Of a DNA stretch of 64,000 nt, positions 41,697-50,231 are shown piece after piece. The position numbers and the translations under genes are program-made. The notes beneath the pieces are model-generated. The model made no database searches. It saw only the letters and a list, made by a program, of their open reading frames with translations, and had not been told where the DNA came from. Each line of letters begins with the position of its first letter. The first letter of the stretch is position 1. Origin of the DNA: Alphaproteobacteria bacterium (lineage in GTDB: Bacteria > Pseudomonadota > Alphaproteobacteria > UBA828); assembly GCA_965237415.1 (NCBI GenBank), contig CBDEFM010000002.1:2688001-2752000 (forward strand), written 5' to 3'.

Positions 41697-42227
41697 ATGC
41701 ACCGTCATCGCTCGCGCGTCCCCTCCCCCTGGATCACCCGCCATGCGGGCCTGATCGCCGCCGGCGGCCACGCGCTCGACCTCGCCTGCGGCGGGGGCCG
41801 GCACACGCGCTATCTGCGAGACCGGGGCCTCAGGGTCACGGCCATCGACATCGACACCTCGGGCCTTGCCGATCTCGCGGACGATCCGCTGGTCGAGATC
41901 GTCGAGATGGACCTCGAACGCCCTGGCACTCAGCCGCTTCAAGGCAGGCGCTTCGATGCGGTGGTGGTAACCGACTATCTGTTTCGCCCGCTGCTCGTTC
42001 CGCTCGTCGACTGCCTGGAGCCGGGCGGGGTCTTCCTCTACGAGACCTTCGCCCTCGGCAACGAGCGCTTCGGGCGCCCCCGCAACCCGGACTTCCTATT
42101 GCAGCGTGGCGAGCTGCTGGCGCTGGCCGAAAGCCGTCTCACGGTCATCGCCTACGAGCACCGCACGGTCCCGCCGCCTACGCCGAAGATCGTGCAACGC
42201 CTCTGCGGGCTGAAGCCCACGGGGTAA
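41697..42227 (+). CDS. Class I SAM-dependent methyltransferase (TehB-like)
   Basis: LDLACGGGRH, YETFALGN, PRNPDFLL. Confidence 0.85.
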   Translation: MHRHRSRVPSPWITRHAGLIAAGGHALDLACGGGRHTRYLRDRGLRVTAIDIDTSGLADLADDPLVEIVEMDLERPGTQPLQGRRFDAVVVTDYLFRPLLVPLVDCLEPGGVFLYETFALGNERFGRPRNPDFLLQRGELLALAESRLTVIAYEHRTVPPPTPKIVQRLCGLKPTG

Positions 42228-42301
42228 GGAGCAGCAGAGGGGTCGGGGCGCGAAGCGGCTCGGAGCACCCGCCCGGCGCTTGGGGGATCTGAAGAGCAGC
42301 T

Positions 42302-43162
42302 TCAGCCGGCGGCGCGGCGGGGTACTGGCTCCACGTCGGCTGGCGGCAGGAAGGCGCGATCGTGCGCCAGCGCCGGCATCGTAGCCCGCGCCCGGTCGAT
42401 GCGCGCGAGCTCGAGATCGGCGATCGCGATGCCCACTCCCTCGCCGCGATCGGCCAGCACCTCGCCCCAGGGGTCGACGATGAGCGAGTGGCCATAGGTC
42501 TTGCGTCCGCCGGAATGGCTGCCCCACATGCAGGGCGCGATGACGAAGCAGCCGGTCTCGATGGCGCGGGCCCGCATCAACACGTGCCAATGGGCCTCGC
42601 CGGTGTGCTTGGTGAAGGCCGCGGGCACGGTGATCAGTCGTGCCCCGGCATGGGCCAGAGCCCGGTAAAGCTGCGGGAAGCGCAGGTCGTAGCAGACAGT
42701 CATGCCGAGGCCGCCCCAGGGCGTCTCCGCCACCACCGCCCGCCCGCCCGGGCTGAAGGCCTCGCTCTCGCGGTAGCTCTCGCCCGTGGGCAAGTCGACA
42801 TCGAACATGTGGATCTTGTCGTAGGTCGCGACGATCGCCCCGGACGGGTCGATCAATACGGAGCGGTTGGCGATCCGGCCGTCACCGGCATCCGCCGCCA
42901 TCGAGCCCGCGAGCAACCAGACTTGGGCCTCTTCAGCGAGCGCGCTGAAGAAGCGGGCAGCCGGGTGGGTGTCGAGCGGCGCGGCGCTCGCCTGCACCAG
43001 TTCCGTGCGGTGCTCCATGAGCGCGACATTCTCGGGCAGCGCGACCAGCTCCGCGCCGTCGGCGCAGGCCTCGCGCACCAGCGCGGCGGCGGCATCGAGG
43101 TTGGCCTGTTGGTCCTGGCCACTCGAGGGCTGAACGCAGGCGACCCGAACGGTTTCGGTCAT
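42302..43162 (-). CDS. Carbon-nitrogen hydrolase (Nit1/deaminated glutathione amidase-like)
   Basis: LPE, YDKIHMFDV, VCYDLRFP triad motifs; RARAIETGC; start MTETVRV at 43162. Confidence 0.92.
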   Translation of the reverse strand: MTETVRVACVQPSSGQDQQANLDAAAALVREACADGAELVALPENVALMEHRTELVQASAAPLDTHPAARFFSALAEEAQVWLLAGSMAADAGDGRIANRSVLIDPSGAIVATYDKIHMFDVDLPTGESYRESEAFSPGGRAVVAETPWGGLGMTVCYDLRFPQLYRALAHAGARLITVPAAFTKHTGEAHWHVLMRARAIETGCFVIAPCMWGSHSGGRKTYGHSLIVDPWGEVLADRGEGVGIAIADLELARIDRARATMPALAHDRAFLPPADVEPVPRRAAG

Positions 43163-43193
43163 GGCATCCCCCAAGCTTTGGTGCAGATCGGCA

Positions 43194-43970
43194 TCATGGA
43201 CGGCCCGCCAGGGCGCGCGCAAGAGTCGCGACATCGACCCGCGCGGCGCCCGCCTTGCGCAGCGTGCGAGCGCAGGCCGAGACGGTGGCCCCGGTCGTCA
43301 GTACGTCATCCACCAACAGGACGCTACGCCCGGCCACAAGATGCGCGCGCGACTTGCGCACCGCGAAGGCACCCCGCACGTTGCGCCGCCGTGCCGACCC
43401 GGAGAGCCGGGTCTGCGGCGGCGTCCGCCGGGTCCGCACCAGCAGGTCCGGCACCACCACGGCATCCGCCTGGTGCGCCATGAGCCCGGCGAGGATCGCC
43501 GCCTGGTTGAAGCGCCGCGCCAGCAGCCGCCAGCGATGGAGCGGCACCGGCACCACCAGATCGGCATCTGCCAGGAGCGGCGCCGCTGCGCGCTGCAGCC
43601 ACGCGGCGAGCCTGGGCGCGAGCCACGAGCGGTCGGCCATCTTGAAGGCGAGGATCAGCTCGCGCCCCGCGCCCTCGTAGAGGAACGCCGCACGTGCCCG
43701 GTCGTAGGCCGGCGGCAGCCGGGCGCAATCGCCGCAGAGCGCATCCGGGGCCGCCTCGATGGCGAAGGGCAGGCCGCAGCGGGCGCAGCAGGGCCGGCCG
43801 ATGAAGGTGACGCGGTTCCAGCAATCGGGGCAGAGCCCACCGGCCGCGCCCACGGGCGCGTTGCACGCAAGGCAGGACGGCGGCAGCACGAGATCGACGG
43901 CGCCCGCCGCGGCCGCACGCACCCACGCCGCCGCCTGTGCTCCGCTCACGCCATCTTGCATCGTCTGCAC
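43194..43970 (-). CDS. comF: ComF family protein (double Zn ribbon + PRTase)
   Basis: Four CxxC pairs; VPVPLH, RRFNQA, LVDDVLTTGAT. Confidence 0.92.
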   Translation of the reverse strand: MQTMQDGVSGAQAAAWVRAAAAGAVDLVLPPSCLACNAPVGAAGGLCPDCWNRVTFIGRPCCARCGLPFAIEAAPDALCGDCARLPPAYDRARAAFLYEGAGRELILAFKMADRSWLAPRLAAWLQRAAAPLLADADLVVPVPLHRWRLLARRFNQAAILAGLMAHQADAVVVPDLLVRTRRTPPQTRLSGSARRRNVRGAFAVRKSRAHLVAGRSVLLVDDVLTTGATVSACARTLRKAGAARVDVATLARALAGRP

Positions 43971-44019
43971 CGCCTGCCTGTGCTTCCCGCCTCCTCTCCA
44001 TCATGCCATAACCGGCGCC

Positions 44020-44925
44020 ATGGCCCAGCGCGCGCCTCCGCCCGACGGCGTCGCGGTCTTCGACCGCAGAGCCGTGCGCATCCACCGCGACCGCGCCGCC
44101 CCTGGCTTCGCGGGGCGCGGCGACTTCCTGGTCCGCGAGGTGGGCGAGCGGTTGGTGGGCCGGCTTGACGACGTCAAGCGCCGGTTCGCCCGGGTGCTCG
44201 ACCTCGGCTGCCACAGCGGGCAACTCGGACTGCTCTTGCGCCGGCAGACGGCGCCCGATCTTCTCGTCGAGGCCGATCTCTCTCAGAGCATGGTGGCGCG
44301 TACTGCGGGCCCCTTACGGCTCGTCGCCGACGAGGAATGGCTGCCGATCCGCTCCGACTCGCTCGATCTCGTGGTGAGCGCCCTCAGCCTGCATTGGGTG
44401 AACGACCTGCCTGGCGCGCTCGTCCAGATCAGGCAGGCGCTCACGCCCGACGGCCTGCTGCTCGCTGCGATGTTGGGCGGCGACACCCTGTTCGAGCTGC
44501 GTGAGGCGTTTCTGCGGGCGGAAGCAGGCCACGAAGGTGGCGTGCGGCCCCATGTCTCGCCATTTCCCGACGTCGAGGCCCTCGGCGCCCTGCTGCAGCG
44601 CACCGGCTTCGCGCTGCCGGTGGTCGACAGCGACCGGATCACGGTCACTTATGAGAGCACCACGGCGCTCATGCACGATTTGCGCGCCATGGGCGAAGCC
44701 AATGCCACCCAGGCGCGCGCGCGGCACTTCGCCCGGCGCGAGACGCTCCGGGCGCTTGAAGACCGCTATCAGGAAAGTTTCGGCCACGCGGACGGGCGCA
44801 TTCCGGCGACGTTCCAGGTGCTCTATCTCACCGGGTGGCACCCGCACGACTCGCAGCAGCAGCCCGCGCGCCGTGGCAGCGGGACCGTGCGTCTGACGGA
44901 AGCTCTCGGCTCCGACCCGCCTTAG
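44020..44925 (+). CDS. BioC/NDUFAF5-like SAM methyltransferase
   Basis: VFDR..HRDRA, LDLGCHSG, ADEEWLP, LHWVNDLPG, DLRAMGE; divergent from comF. Confidence 0.9.
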   Translation: MAQRAPPPDGVAVFDRRAVRIHRDRAAPGFAGRGDFLVREVGERLVGRLDDVKRRFARVLDLGCHSGQLGLLLRRQTAPDLLVEADLSQSMVARTAGPLRLVADEEWLPIRSDSLDLVVSALSLHWVNDLPGALVQIRQALTPDGLLLAAMLGGDTLFELREAFLRAEAGHEGGVRPHVSPFPDVEALGALLQRTGFALPVVDSDRITVTYESTTALMHDLRAMGEANATQARARHFARRETLRALEDRYQESFGHADGRIPATFQVLYLTGWHPHDSQQQPARRGSGTVRLTEALGSDPP

Positions 44926-44934
44926 CTCGCGCGC

Positions 44935-45597
44935 TCAGTCCCCACACTCGATGGGGCCGATCACGCGCTCGATCGCCTCGGCTGCCACGACGCCGGCGCG
45001 GAGCAGGCGAGGAGTCTCTCCGGTGAGGTCAAGCAGCGTCGAGCCAAGGCGCTCGGCGGCGCGCCCGCCGTCGATGACCAGCGCGACATGGGCCCCGAGG
45101 CCGGCCACGACCTCAGCCGCAGTCAGCGGGCTCGGCGCGCCCGAGGGGTTCGCGCTCGGCGCGGTCAGCGGCCGTCCGGCGGCCTCGACGACGGCACGCG
45201 CGGTCTCGTTGCCGGGGATGCGGAGCGACACGCCGGGCGCTCCTTGGTGGACCAGCGGCGAAAGCGGGGAGTCTGCGGCGCGCGGCAACACCAGCGTCAG
45301 CGGACCGGGCCAAAATGCCTCGGCAAGCGCGCGAGCGGGCGCAGGGAAGTCCGCGCAGGCCTCCGCCATCGCCAGCGTGGCGACAAGGGCGATGAGCGGC
45401 TTATCCGGCGGGCGGCCCTTGGCACGAAACACGCCGGCCACGGCATCGTCGTCGGTGGCATTGGCGGCGAGGCCGTAGACCGTATCGGTCGGCAGCCCGA
45501 CCAGCCCGCCCTGGCGGATCACCCGCGCGGCTCGCGCAATGACCGCCTGCGTCGGTTTGAGGCACGGGGGGCCGGTTTCGGTGTCGGATCGCGTCAT
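44935..45597 (-). CDS. tsaC: L-threonylcarbamoyladenylate synthase (TsaC/Sua5 YrdC domain)
   Basis: LPTDTVYGL, KGRP, FWPGPLT, APSANPSG; start at ATG 45597. Confidence 0.9.
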   Translation of the reverse strand: MTRSDTETGPPCLKPTQAVIARAARVIRQGGLVGLPTDTVYGLAANATDDDAVAGVFRAKGRPPDKPLIALVATLAMAEACADFPAPARALAEAFWPGPLTLVLPRAADSPLSPLVHQGAPGVSLRIPGNETARAVVEAAGRPLTAPSANPSGAPSPLTAAEVVAGLGAHVALVIDGGRAAERLGSTLLDLTGETPRLLRAGVVAAEAIERVIGPIECGD

Positions 45598-45602
45598 CGG
45601 GT

Positions 45603-46385
45603 CTAGTCCACGCCGCAGGCGACGAACGGCGGATTGACGAACCCCGCCTTGCCGTAGCGAAGCGCGCGCCCGTTCAGGTCGCGGACATGGCCGCCCGCCA
45701 CCTCGAGAATCGCCTGACCCGCCGCGGTGTCCCATTCCATGGTGCGGCCGAAGCGCGGGTAAAGATCGGCCTCGCCCCGCGCGAGCAGGCCGAACTTGAG
45801 GGCGCTGCCGGCGCTCGCGGTGCGCGCAGGCCGCAGTTCCGCGATGTACGCGTCGGTCTCGGCGTCGCGGTGCGAACGGCTGGCGATCACCGCGGGGCCC
45901 TCGCCGGGCACCGCTCTCGCGCGGATCGTTTGCGGCGCCCCGTTGCCGACGAAACGCATCGCCTGCCCTTGTCCATCGGCGACATAGGTCTCGTCATGGG
46001 CCGGCGCGTGGAGCACGCCGAGCACCGGCCGGCCGGCCTCGATCAGCGCGATGTTGACGGTGAATTCGTCGGTCCGCGCGATGAACTCCCGGGTCCCGTC
46101 TAGCGGATCGACGAGCCAGAAGCGGCCGCCGGCGGGTGCCGCTGGCGCGAGGGTGTCCGTGCTCTCCTCCGAGATCACGGGGATGCGCGGGTCGGCGGCG
46201 AGCAGACCCGCGACGATGAGGCGATCCGCCGCTCGGTCCGCCTCGGTTATCGGCGAGCGATCGTCCTTCGTCTCGACCGTCGTGCCGTCGCGGTAGAAGG
46301 CCATGATTGTCCGCCCGGCCTCCAGCGCCAGATGCCGGGCCGCAGCCGCTAACCGCAGGTAGTCCTCGCTGCTCGTGCCGGTCAT
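45603..46385 (-). CDS. cysQ: 3'(2'),5'-bisphosphate nucleotidase
   Basis: SPITEAD, LVDPLDGTREF, SRSH, GSALKF, MEWDTAAG. Confidence 0.93.
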   Translation of the reverse strand: MTGTSSEDYLRLAAAARHLALEAGRTIMAFYRDGTTVETKDDRSPITEADRAADRLIVAGLLAADPRIPVISEESTDTLAPAAPAGGRFWLVDPLDGTREFIARTDEFTVNIALIEAGRPVLGVLHAPAHDETYVADGQGQAMRFVGNGAPQTIRARAVPGEGPAVIASRSHRDAETDAYIAELRPARTASAGSALKFGLLARGEADLYPRFGRTMEWDTAAGQAILEVAGGHVRDLNGRALRYGKAGFVNPPFVACGVD

Positions 46386-46556
46386 CGGCCGTCCCTGGCA
46401 TTCACGCTACGGTAATCGACACGAACGCGCTTTCACGTGCCGCCCATATACACCACAATGGCATGGGCTTCGCGCAGCGCGGCCATCCGAAGAGGTGGCG
46501 CGAAATCCCAATTCCAAAGCAATCGAAAACGCGCCTGCGAGGAGGAGATACCGAGG

Positions 46557-46778
46557 ATGATTAAGGAAACTGTGGTCGCCGTGAGTATCATCACCATGGC
46601 GGCCGGCGCCGCTCTTGCGCCGTCGGCCGTATCTGCAGGGGACCAGCCGATCGTCGTCGCGGACTCGCACGAGGATCCGTGCAACCCGTGCGCCGCTTGT
46701 AACCCGTGCGCGGCCTGCAACCCTTGTGCCGCGTGCAACCCGTGTTGCGCCGATCCCTGCAACCCGTGTGCCTGCTGA
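46557..46778 (+). CDS. Small secreted Cys-rich peptide (73 aa, CNP/CAA repeats)
   Basis: AGGAGGA RBS before ATG 46557; signal-like MIKETVVAVSIITMAAGAALAPSAVSA; tail [34 protein letters not shown] (12 Cys); followed by a terminator. Confidence 0.85.
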   Translation: MIKETVVAVSIITMAAGAALAPSAVSAGDQPIVVADSHEDPCNPCAACNPCAACNPCAACNPCCADPCNPCAC

Positions 46779-46806
46779 CGCGACGCGTACGTCTGACCTT
46801 ATCCGA

Positions 46807-46840
46807 GGGCGCCGCCTCACGAGAGGCGGCGTTCTTATTT
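46807..46840 (+). terminator. Intrinsic terminator after the Cys-rich peptide
   Basis: gggcgccgcctc-acga-gaggcggcgttc hairpin followed by ttattt. Confidence 0.75.
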
Positions 46841-46889
46841 CGAGGGCGCTGCGGCACCTCTAGGCTCGGCACCGGCGGTCGGCCGCATT

Positions 46890-47663
46890 TCAGTCGGCGC
46901 TCCGGGTCCTGGCATCGAGAGCGGCCCTGACTGCGGCCATCTGAGCCTCGATCGCAACCTCGGCCTGCGAGACGACCTCGAGGCGGCGGTCCTCGAGCGT
47001 GTCCTTGCCCGGATTCTGCGAGGTCCAGCTCTCGATGACCTGATCCCGCGCCTTGAGCAGCAGGATGATCTGGGGCCAGAACAGCCGCACCATGGCACCG
47101 ACCCAGCGGTTGGTCGGCCAGGACGGGCGAGCGTGGTCGATGACGAAGCTGCCGATTACCTTGGCCACATCGTCGCCGCGATACCAGGTCTCGCCGGTGA
47201 CCCAGCGGTTGGTGGTGAAGAGCCTGAGCGGCTGACCCTTCGAACCCATTGAGATGGCGACCACATGGGTGAGCGCGTCGTCGCCCATGGGCCATTTGTC
47301 GCGACTCTTGCGGTGCATGGGCTTCATGCCGCGCGGCATCCCCTTGGCGCGGACGAAGGTGTGGAAGTGCCCGTGTTCCGTGTCCCTGAAGCCGCCGGGA
47401 TGGGCGTGGTAGAAGTACTGGGAGTGGCTCTGCCCGTCGAAGACATCCCCCTTCGGGTAGTGGTCCCACTCATAGAACGTCTCGTGGCCGCGCAGCACTT
47501 CGCTCACCACACTGTCGCCGGTCCGGCCGAGCACGCGCTCGATCTCACGCACCTCCTCGCCGCCGGCGAGCATCATGCGCAGCCGCTTCACCGGCTGCGT
47601 CGCCAAGTCGAGGTGGCGGGTTTCCTCCTGCCGCTCGTTCTTGGTTGCCGTGGCCTGGGCCAT
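46890..47663 (-). CDS. Hypothetical His-motif protein (DUF6969-like)
   Basis: Start MAQATATK at 47663; HYPKGDVFD, QYFYHAH, EHGHFHTF, LFTTNRWVTGETW. Family name recalled from memory, not searched. Confidence 0.7.
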   Translation of the reverse strand: MAQATATKNERQEETRHLDLATQPVKRLRMMLAGGEEVREIERVLGRTGDSVVSEVLRGHETFYEWDHYPKGDVFDGQSHSQYFYHAHPGGFRDTEHGHFHTFVRAKGMPRGMKPMHRKSRDKWPMGDDALTHVVAISMGSKGQPLRLFTTNRWVTGETWYRGDDVAKVIGSFVIDHARPSWPTNRWVGAMVRLFWPQIILLLKARDQVIESWTSQNPGKDTLEDRRLEVVSQAEVAIEAQMAAVRAALDARTRSAD

Positions 47664-47746
47664 TCTGCCGCTCTGCCCTCTGTTCGCTGGCCGTGCCGCC
47701 GATGAAAGATAGTGCTGCGGACCAGCTCTTGCCAGACCGGGGGTTT

Positions 47747-48640
47747 CTAGCGCTCGACCTCCGTCGCCTCTCTCTCGAGCGGCGCGGCGACGAGGCGGAA
47801 GCCGACAAGGATGTGCTTGATGTCGGCAGGCCGACCATGACGCGCTGCGGGGCGGCATATGCCGCAGCCGCTGTCGTCCCACGAACCGCCCTTGACCAGG
47901 AAGCGACCCGGATTGCCGGGCGAGGCGGTCCACTCGAAGACCTGGCCTGCCGCGTCGAGCAGGCCGTAAGGGCTTGCGCCCGCAGGCCGGCTGCCGACCG
48001 GCAGCGTATCGAAGGGGCCGGCGTCGTGGCTGTTGAGAAGCGCGGGGTCGAACGTGTCGCCCCACGGGAAGATACGGCCATCGGGGCCGCGCGCGGCCTT
48101 CTCCCACTCAAGTTCGGTCGGAAGCCGCCAGGTGCGCCCGGTCTCGGCCGAAAGCCAGGCCGCATACGCCTCGGCATCGTCATGCGAGACCAGCACCACG
48201 GGATGGTCCTCGCGCCCCGGCGGCGGGGTTCCATCCACCCACGCATGGCGGCGGGTGCGCTCATAGGGGTGGATCAGCCGGTAGCCGCGCCAGGTCTCGG
48301 CATCGACATCCGGCACGCGATGGCCCGTGGCGGTCACGAACGCCGCGTACTGGGCGTTGGTGATCAGCGTACGCGTGATGAAGAAGCGCTCCAGCGACGT
48401 GGACCCGCGCGGGCGCTCGCGATCGTACCAGCCGCGCTCCCGCGTTCGGGAGTGGCCGTAAGCCGCCTCGTCGAGCTGGTAGGCGTACTCCCGCTCGGCC
48501 GCACCGGAGCCCGCGATGAAAGGCCCGGCGGGAACCTCGACCACGGCCGGGGCCGTCACGCTGCCGGCATGGGAGGTGCCCGCAAGAACGGCGCCGGAGA
48601 CCGCGAGACACACGGCCAGCAAAGCTCGGACGAAGGTCAT
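47747..48640 (-). CDS. Periplasmic FGE-sulfatase (SUMF1/NirV/PvdO) domain protein
   Basis: Signal peptide; ITNAQYAAFV, HPVVLVSHDDAEAYA, RLPTELEWEKAARG, GLLDAAGQVFEW, KGGSW, GFRLV. Confidence 0.9.
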   Translation of the reverse strand: MTFVRALLAVCLAVSGAVLAGTSHAGSVTAPAVVEVPAGPFIAGSGAAEREYAYQLDEAAYGHSRTRERGWYDRERPRGSTSLERFFITRTLITNAQYAAFVTATGHRVPDVDAETWRGYRLIHPYERTRRHAWVDGTPPPGREDHPVVLVSHDDAEAYAAWLSAETGRTWRLPTELEWEKAARGPDGRIFPWGDTFDPALLNSHDAGPFDTLPVGSRPAGASPYGLLDAAGQVFEWTASPGNPGRFLVKGGSWDDSGCGICRPAARHGRPADIKHILVGFRLVAAPLEREATEVER

Positions 48641-48764
48641 CGCGCGACTCTATTCGCGAGCCGCCCGGCGGAGGAGTCACAAAAATTTGAGTGGAAGGGG
48701 TTTGCCCCGCACCATGCGCTGGCCGACAATTCGTACCGAACACGGACATTGAGGGAGGCCCGAC

Positions 48765-50096
48765 ATGCCACGCACGAAACCCCTGCTCGCCGGAACGGTG
48801 GTCCCTGTGGTCATCGGGCTTGCCGTCTTCACCGGCGGCGGCCACGCCGCGGCCGGCACATCCGCCACCGAAACCCCGGCGGCGACCCCGCAGCATCAGG
48901 ACCCGGGGGTGCTCCTCTTCGCTTCGTGCAACCCTTGCGGACCGTGCAATCCGTGCCGGCCGTGCGCGGGAGCCTGCGGACCATGCGGTCCCTGTAATCC
49001 CTGCAACCCATGCGCCGGCGCGTGCGGCGCGTGCGGCGCATGCGGGCCGTGCAACCCCTGCAACCCGTGTGACCCGACCGCAGGCGCCTGCGGTCCCTGC
49101 GGCGCCTGTAACCCGTGCAATCCCTGTGCTGCCGGCTGTGGCCCTTGCGGTGCGTGTAACCCCTGTGCTGCCGGCTGTGGCCCGTGCGGCGCGTGCAATC
49201 CCTGCAATCCGTGCAACCCTTGCAATCCTTGCGCCGGTGCCTGCGGTCCGTGCGGCGCCTGCAACCCATGTGCGGCCGGCGCTGCAGCCGGGTCCGACTG
49301 CGTCGTTCCGCGCCTCGCGGCCACGTGCAATCCCTGCAACCCCTGCGCTGCAGCGAATCCCTGCAACCCCTGTGGGCCTTGCAACCCGTGCAATCCATGT
49401 GCAGTCGCCTGCGCACCGTGCGGCCCCTGCAACCCGTGTGCGGCGTGTAACCCTTGCAACCCCTGCGCGCCGTGCAATCCGTGTAATCCCTGTGCTGCGA
49501 ACCCGTGCAACCCCTGCGCACCCTGCAATCCGTGCGCACCCTGCAACCCGTGCGGCGCCTGCAATCCATGCAATCCGTGCGCTGCTGGCGAGGCGATCGA
49601 GCTGAGCGCGGCCGAGGCCAGAGACGCCTATGCCTGCATCAGTGCGGTCATGGCCAAGGGCTACGCCAAGTCGGGCAACCAGTGGGCAGCGTCCTACCAG
49701 AACTGGAGGAACGTCGCGGCCCAGCCCTATGTCTCCGACACCCATGGCGCGCGCTACGTCAACAACTACGCCAACGATGTCGGCGCGGACAACTACAGTC
49801 TCTTCGAAGAGGCGGGACCGGCGCCCGCCGGAACCGTTCTCGCCAAGGACAGTTTCGTGGTCAGAGCCAACGGCAACGTGGGCGCGGGGCCGCTCTTCCT
49901 GATGGAGAAGATGGAGTCCGGCTTCAACGCCGATACGGGAGACTGGCGCTATACGCTGATCATGCCGAACGGCCGGGTGATCGGCACCACCGGCGGAAAG
50001 GGCGCCAAGAACGTCGTCTTCTGCGCCGAGTGTCACCTCTCTGTCGAGGAACACGACAGCCGCTTCTTCCTCGACGAGGAGTATCGGATCCAGTAG
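48765..50096 (+). CDS. Secreted Cys-rich (CNP repeat) protein fused to a cytochrome P460/c'-beta-like domain
   Basis: GAGGGAGG RBS; signal peptide; about 218-aa Cys-triplet region; C-terminal [21 protein letters not shown] and single CAECH heme motif. Confidence 0.82.
   Translation: MPRTKPLLAGTVVPVVIGLAVFTGGGHAAAGTSATETPAATPQHQDPGVLLFASCNPCGPCNPCRPCAGACGPCGPCNPCNPCAGACGACGACGPCNPCNPCDPTAGACGPCGACNPCNPCAAGCGPCGACNPCAAGCGPCGACNPCNPCNPCNPCAGACGPCGACNPCAAGAAAGSDCVVPRLAATCNPCNPCAAANPCNPCGPCNPCNPCAVACAPCGPCNPCAACNPCNPCAPCNPCNPCAANPCNPCAPCNPCAPCNPCGACNPCNPCAAGEAIELSAAEARDAYACISAVMAKGYAKSGNQWAASYQNWRNVAAQPYVSDTHGARYVNNYANDVGADNYSLFEEAGPAPAGTVLAKDSFVVRANGNVGAGPLFLMEKMESGFNADTGDWRYTLIMPNGRVIGTTGGKGAKNVVFCAECHLSVEEHDSRFFLDEEYRIQ
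48927..49580 (+). repeat. Coding 9-bp-periodic repeat (C-N-P, C-G-P, C-G-A, C-A-P)
   Basis: Recurrent tg(c/t)aa(c/t)ccN units; about 64 Cys by manual count; exact 23-bp duplicate at 49122-49144 and 49161-49183. Confidence 0.95.
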
Positions 50097-50231
50097 TCAC
50101 CCGCCGGCGGCGCGTTGCCTCCCGGGCACGGCGCGCCGCCGGCCCCCAAGGCCTCCTTGATCAGGGGTGCGAACCCGGCCTATGTTCGCGCCTCCACCGC
50201 CTCACCGGGGACTAGACCTAAGGAGATACCC

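Noticed and set aside
46767-46800. Selenocysteine read-through of the peptide's TGA (would give CxxU)
   Set aside because: No convincing SECIS-like hairpin directly after the TGA, another in-frame TGA six codons later, and a terminator follows.
48829-49573. Minus-strand ORFs with HGLQG or TGCRG repeats, and the alternative plus frame RATPA repeats
   Set aside because: Shadow readings of the CNP repeat; only the Cys frame has an RBS, signal peptide and a recognisable C-terminal domain.
48927-49580. Possible CRISPR array or multiheme cytochrome
   Set aside because: The period is 9 bp with no unique spacers and no cas genes; the CxxC units are never followed by His.
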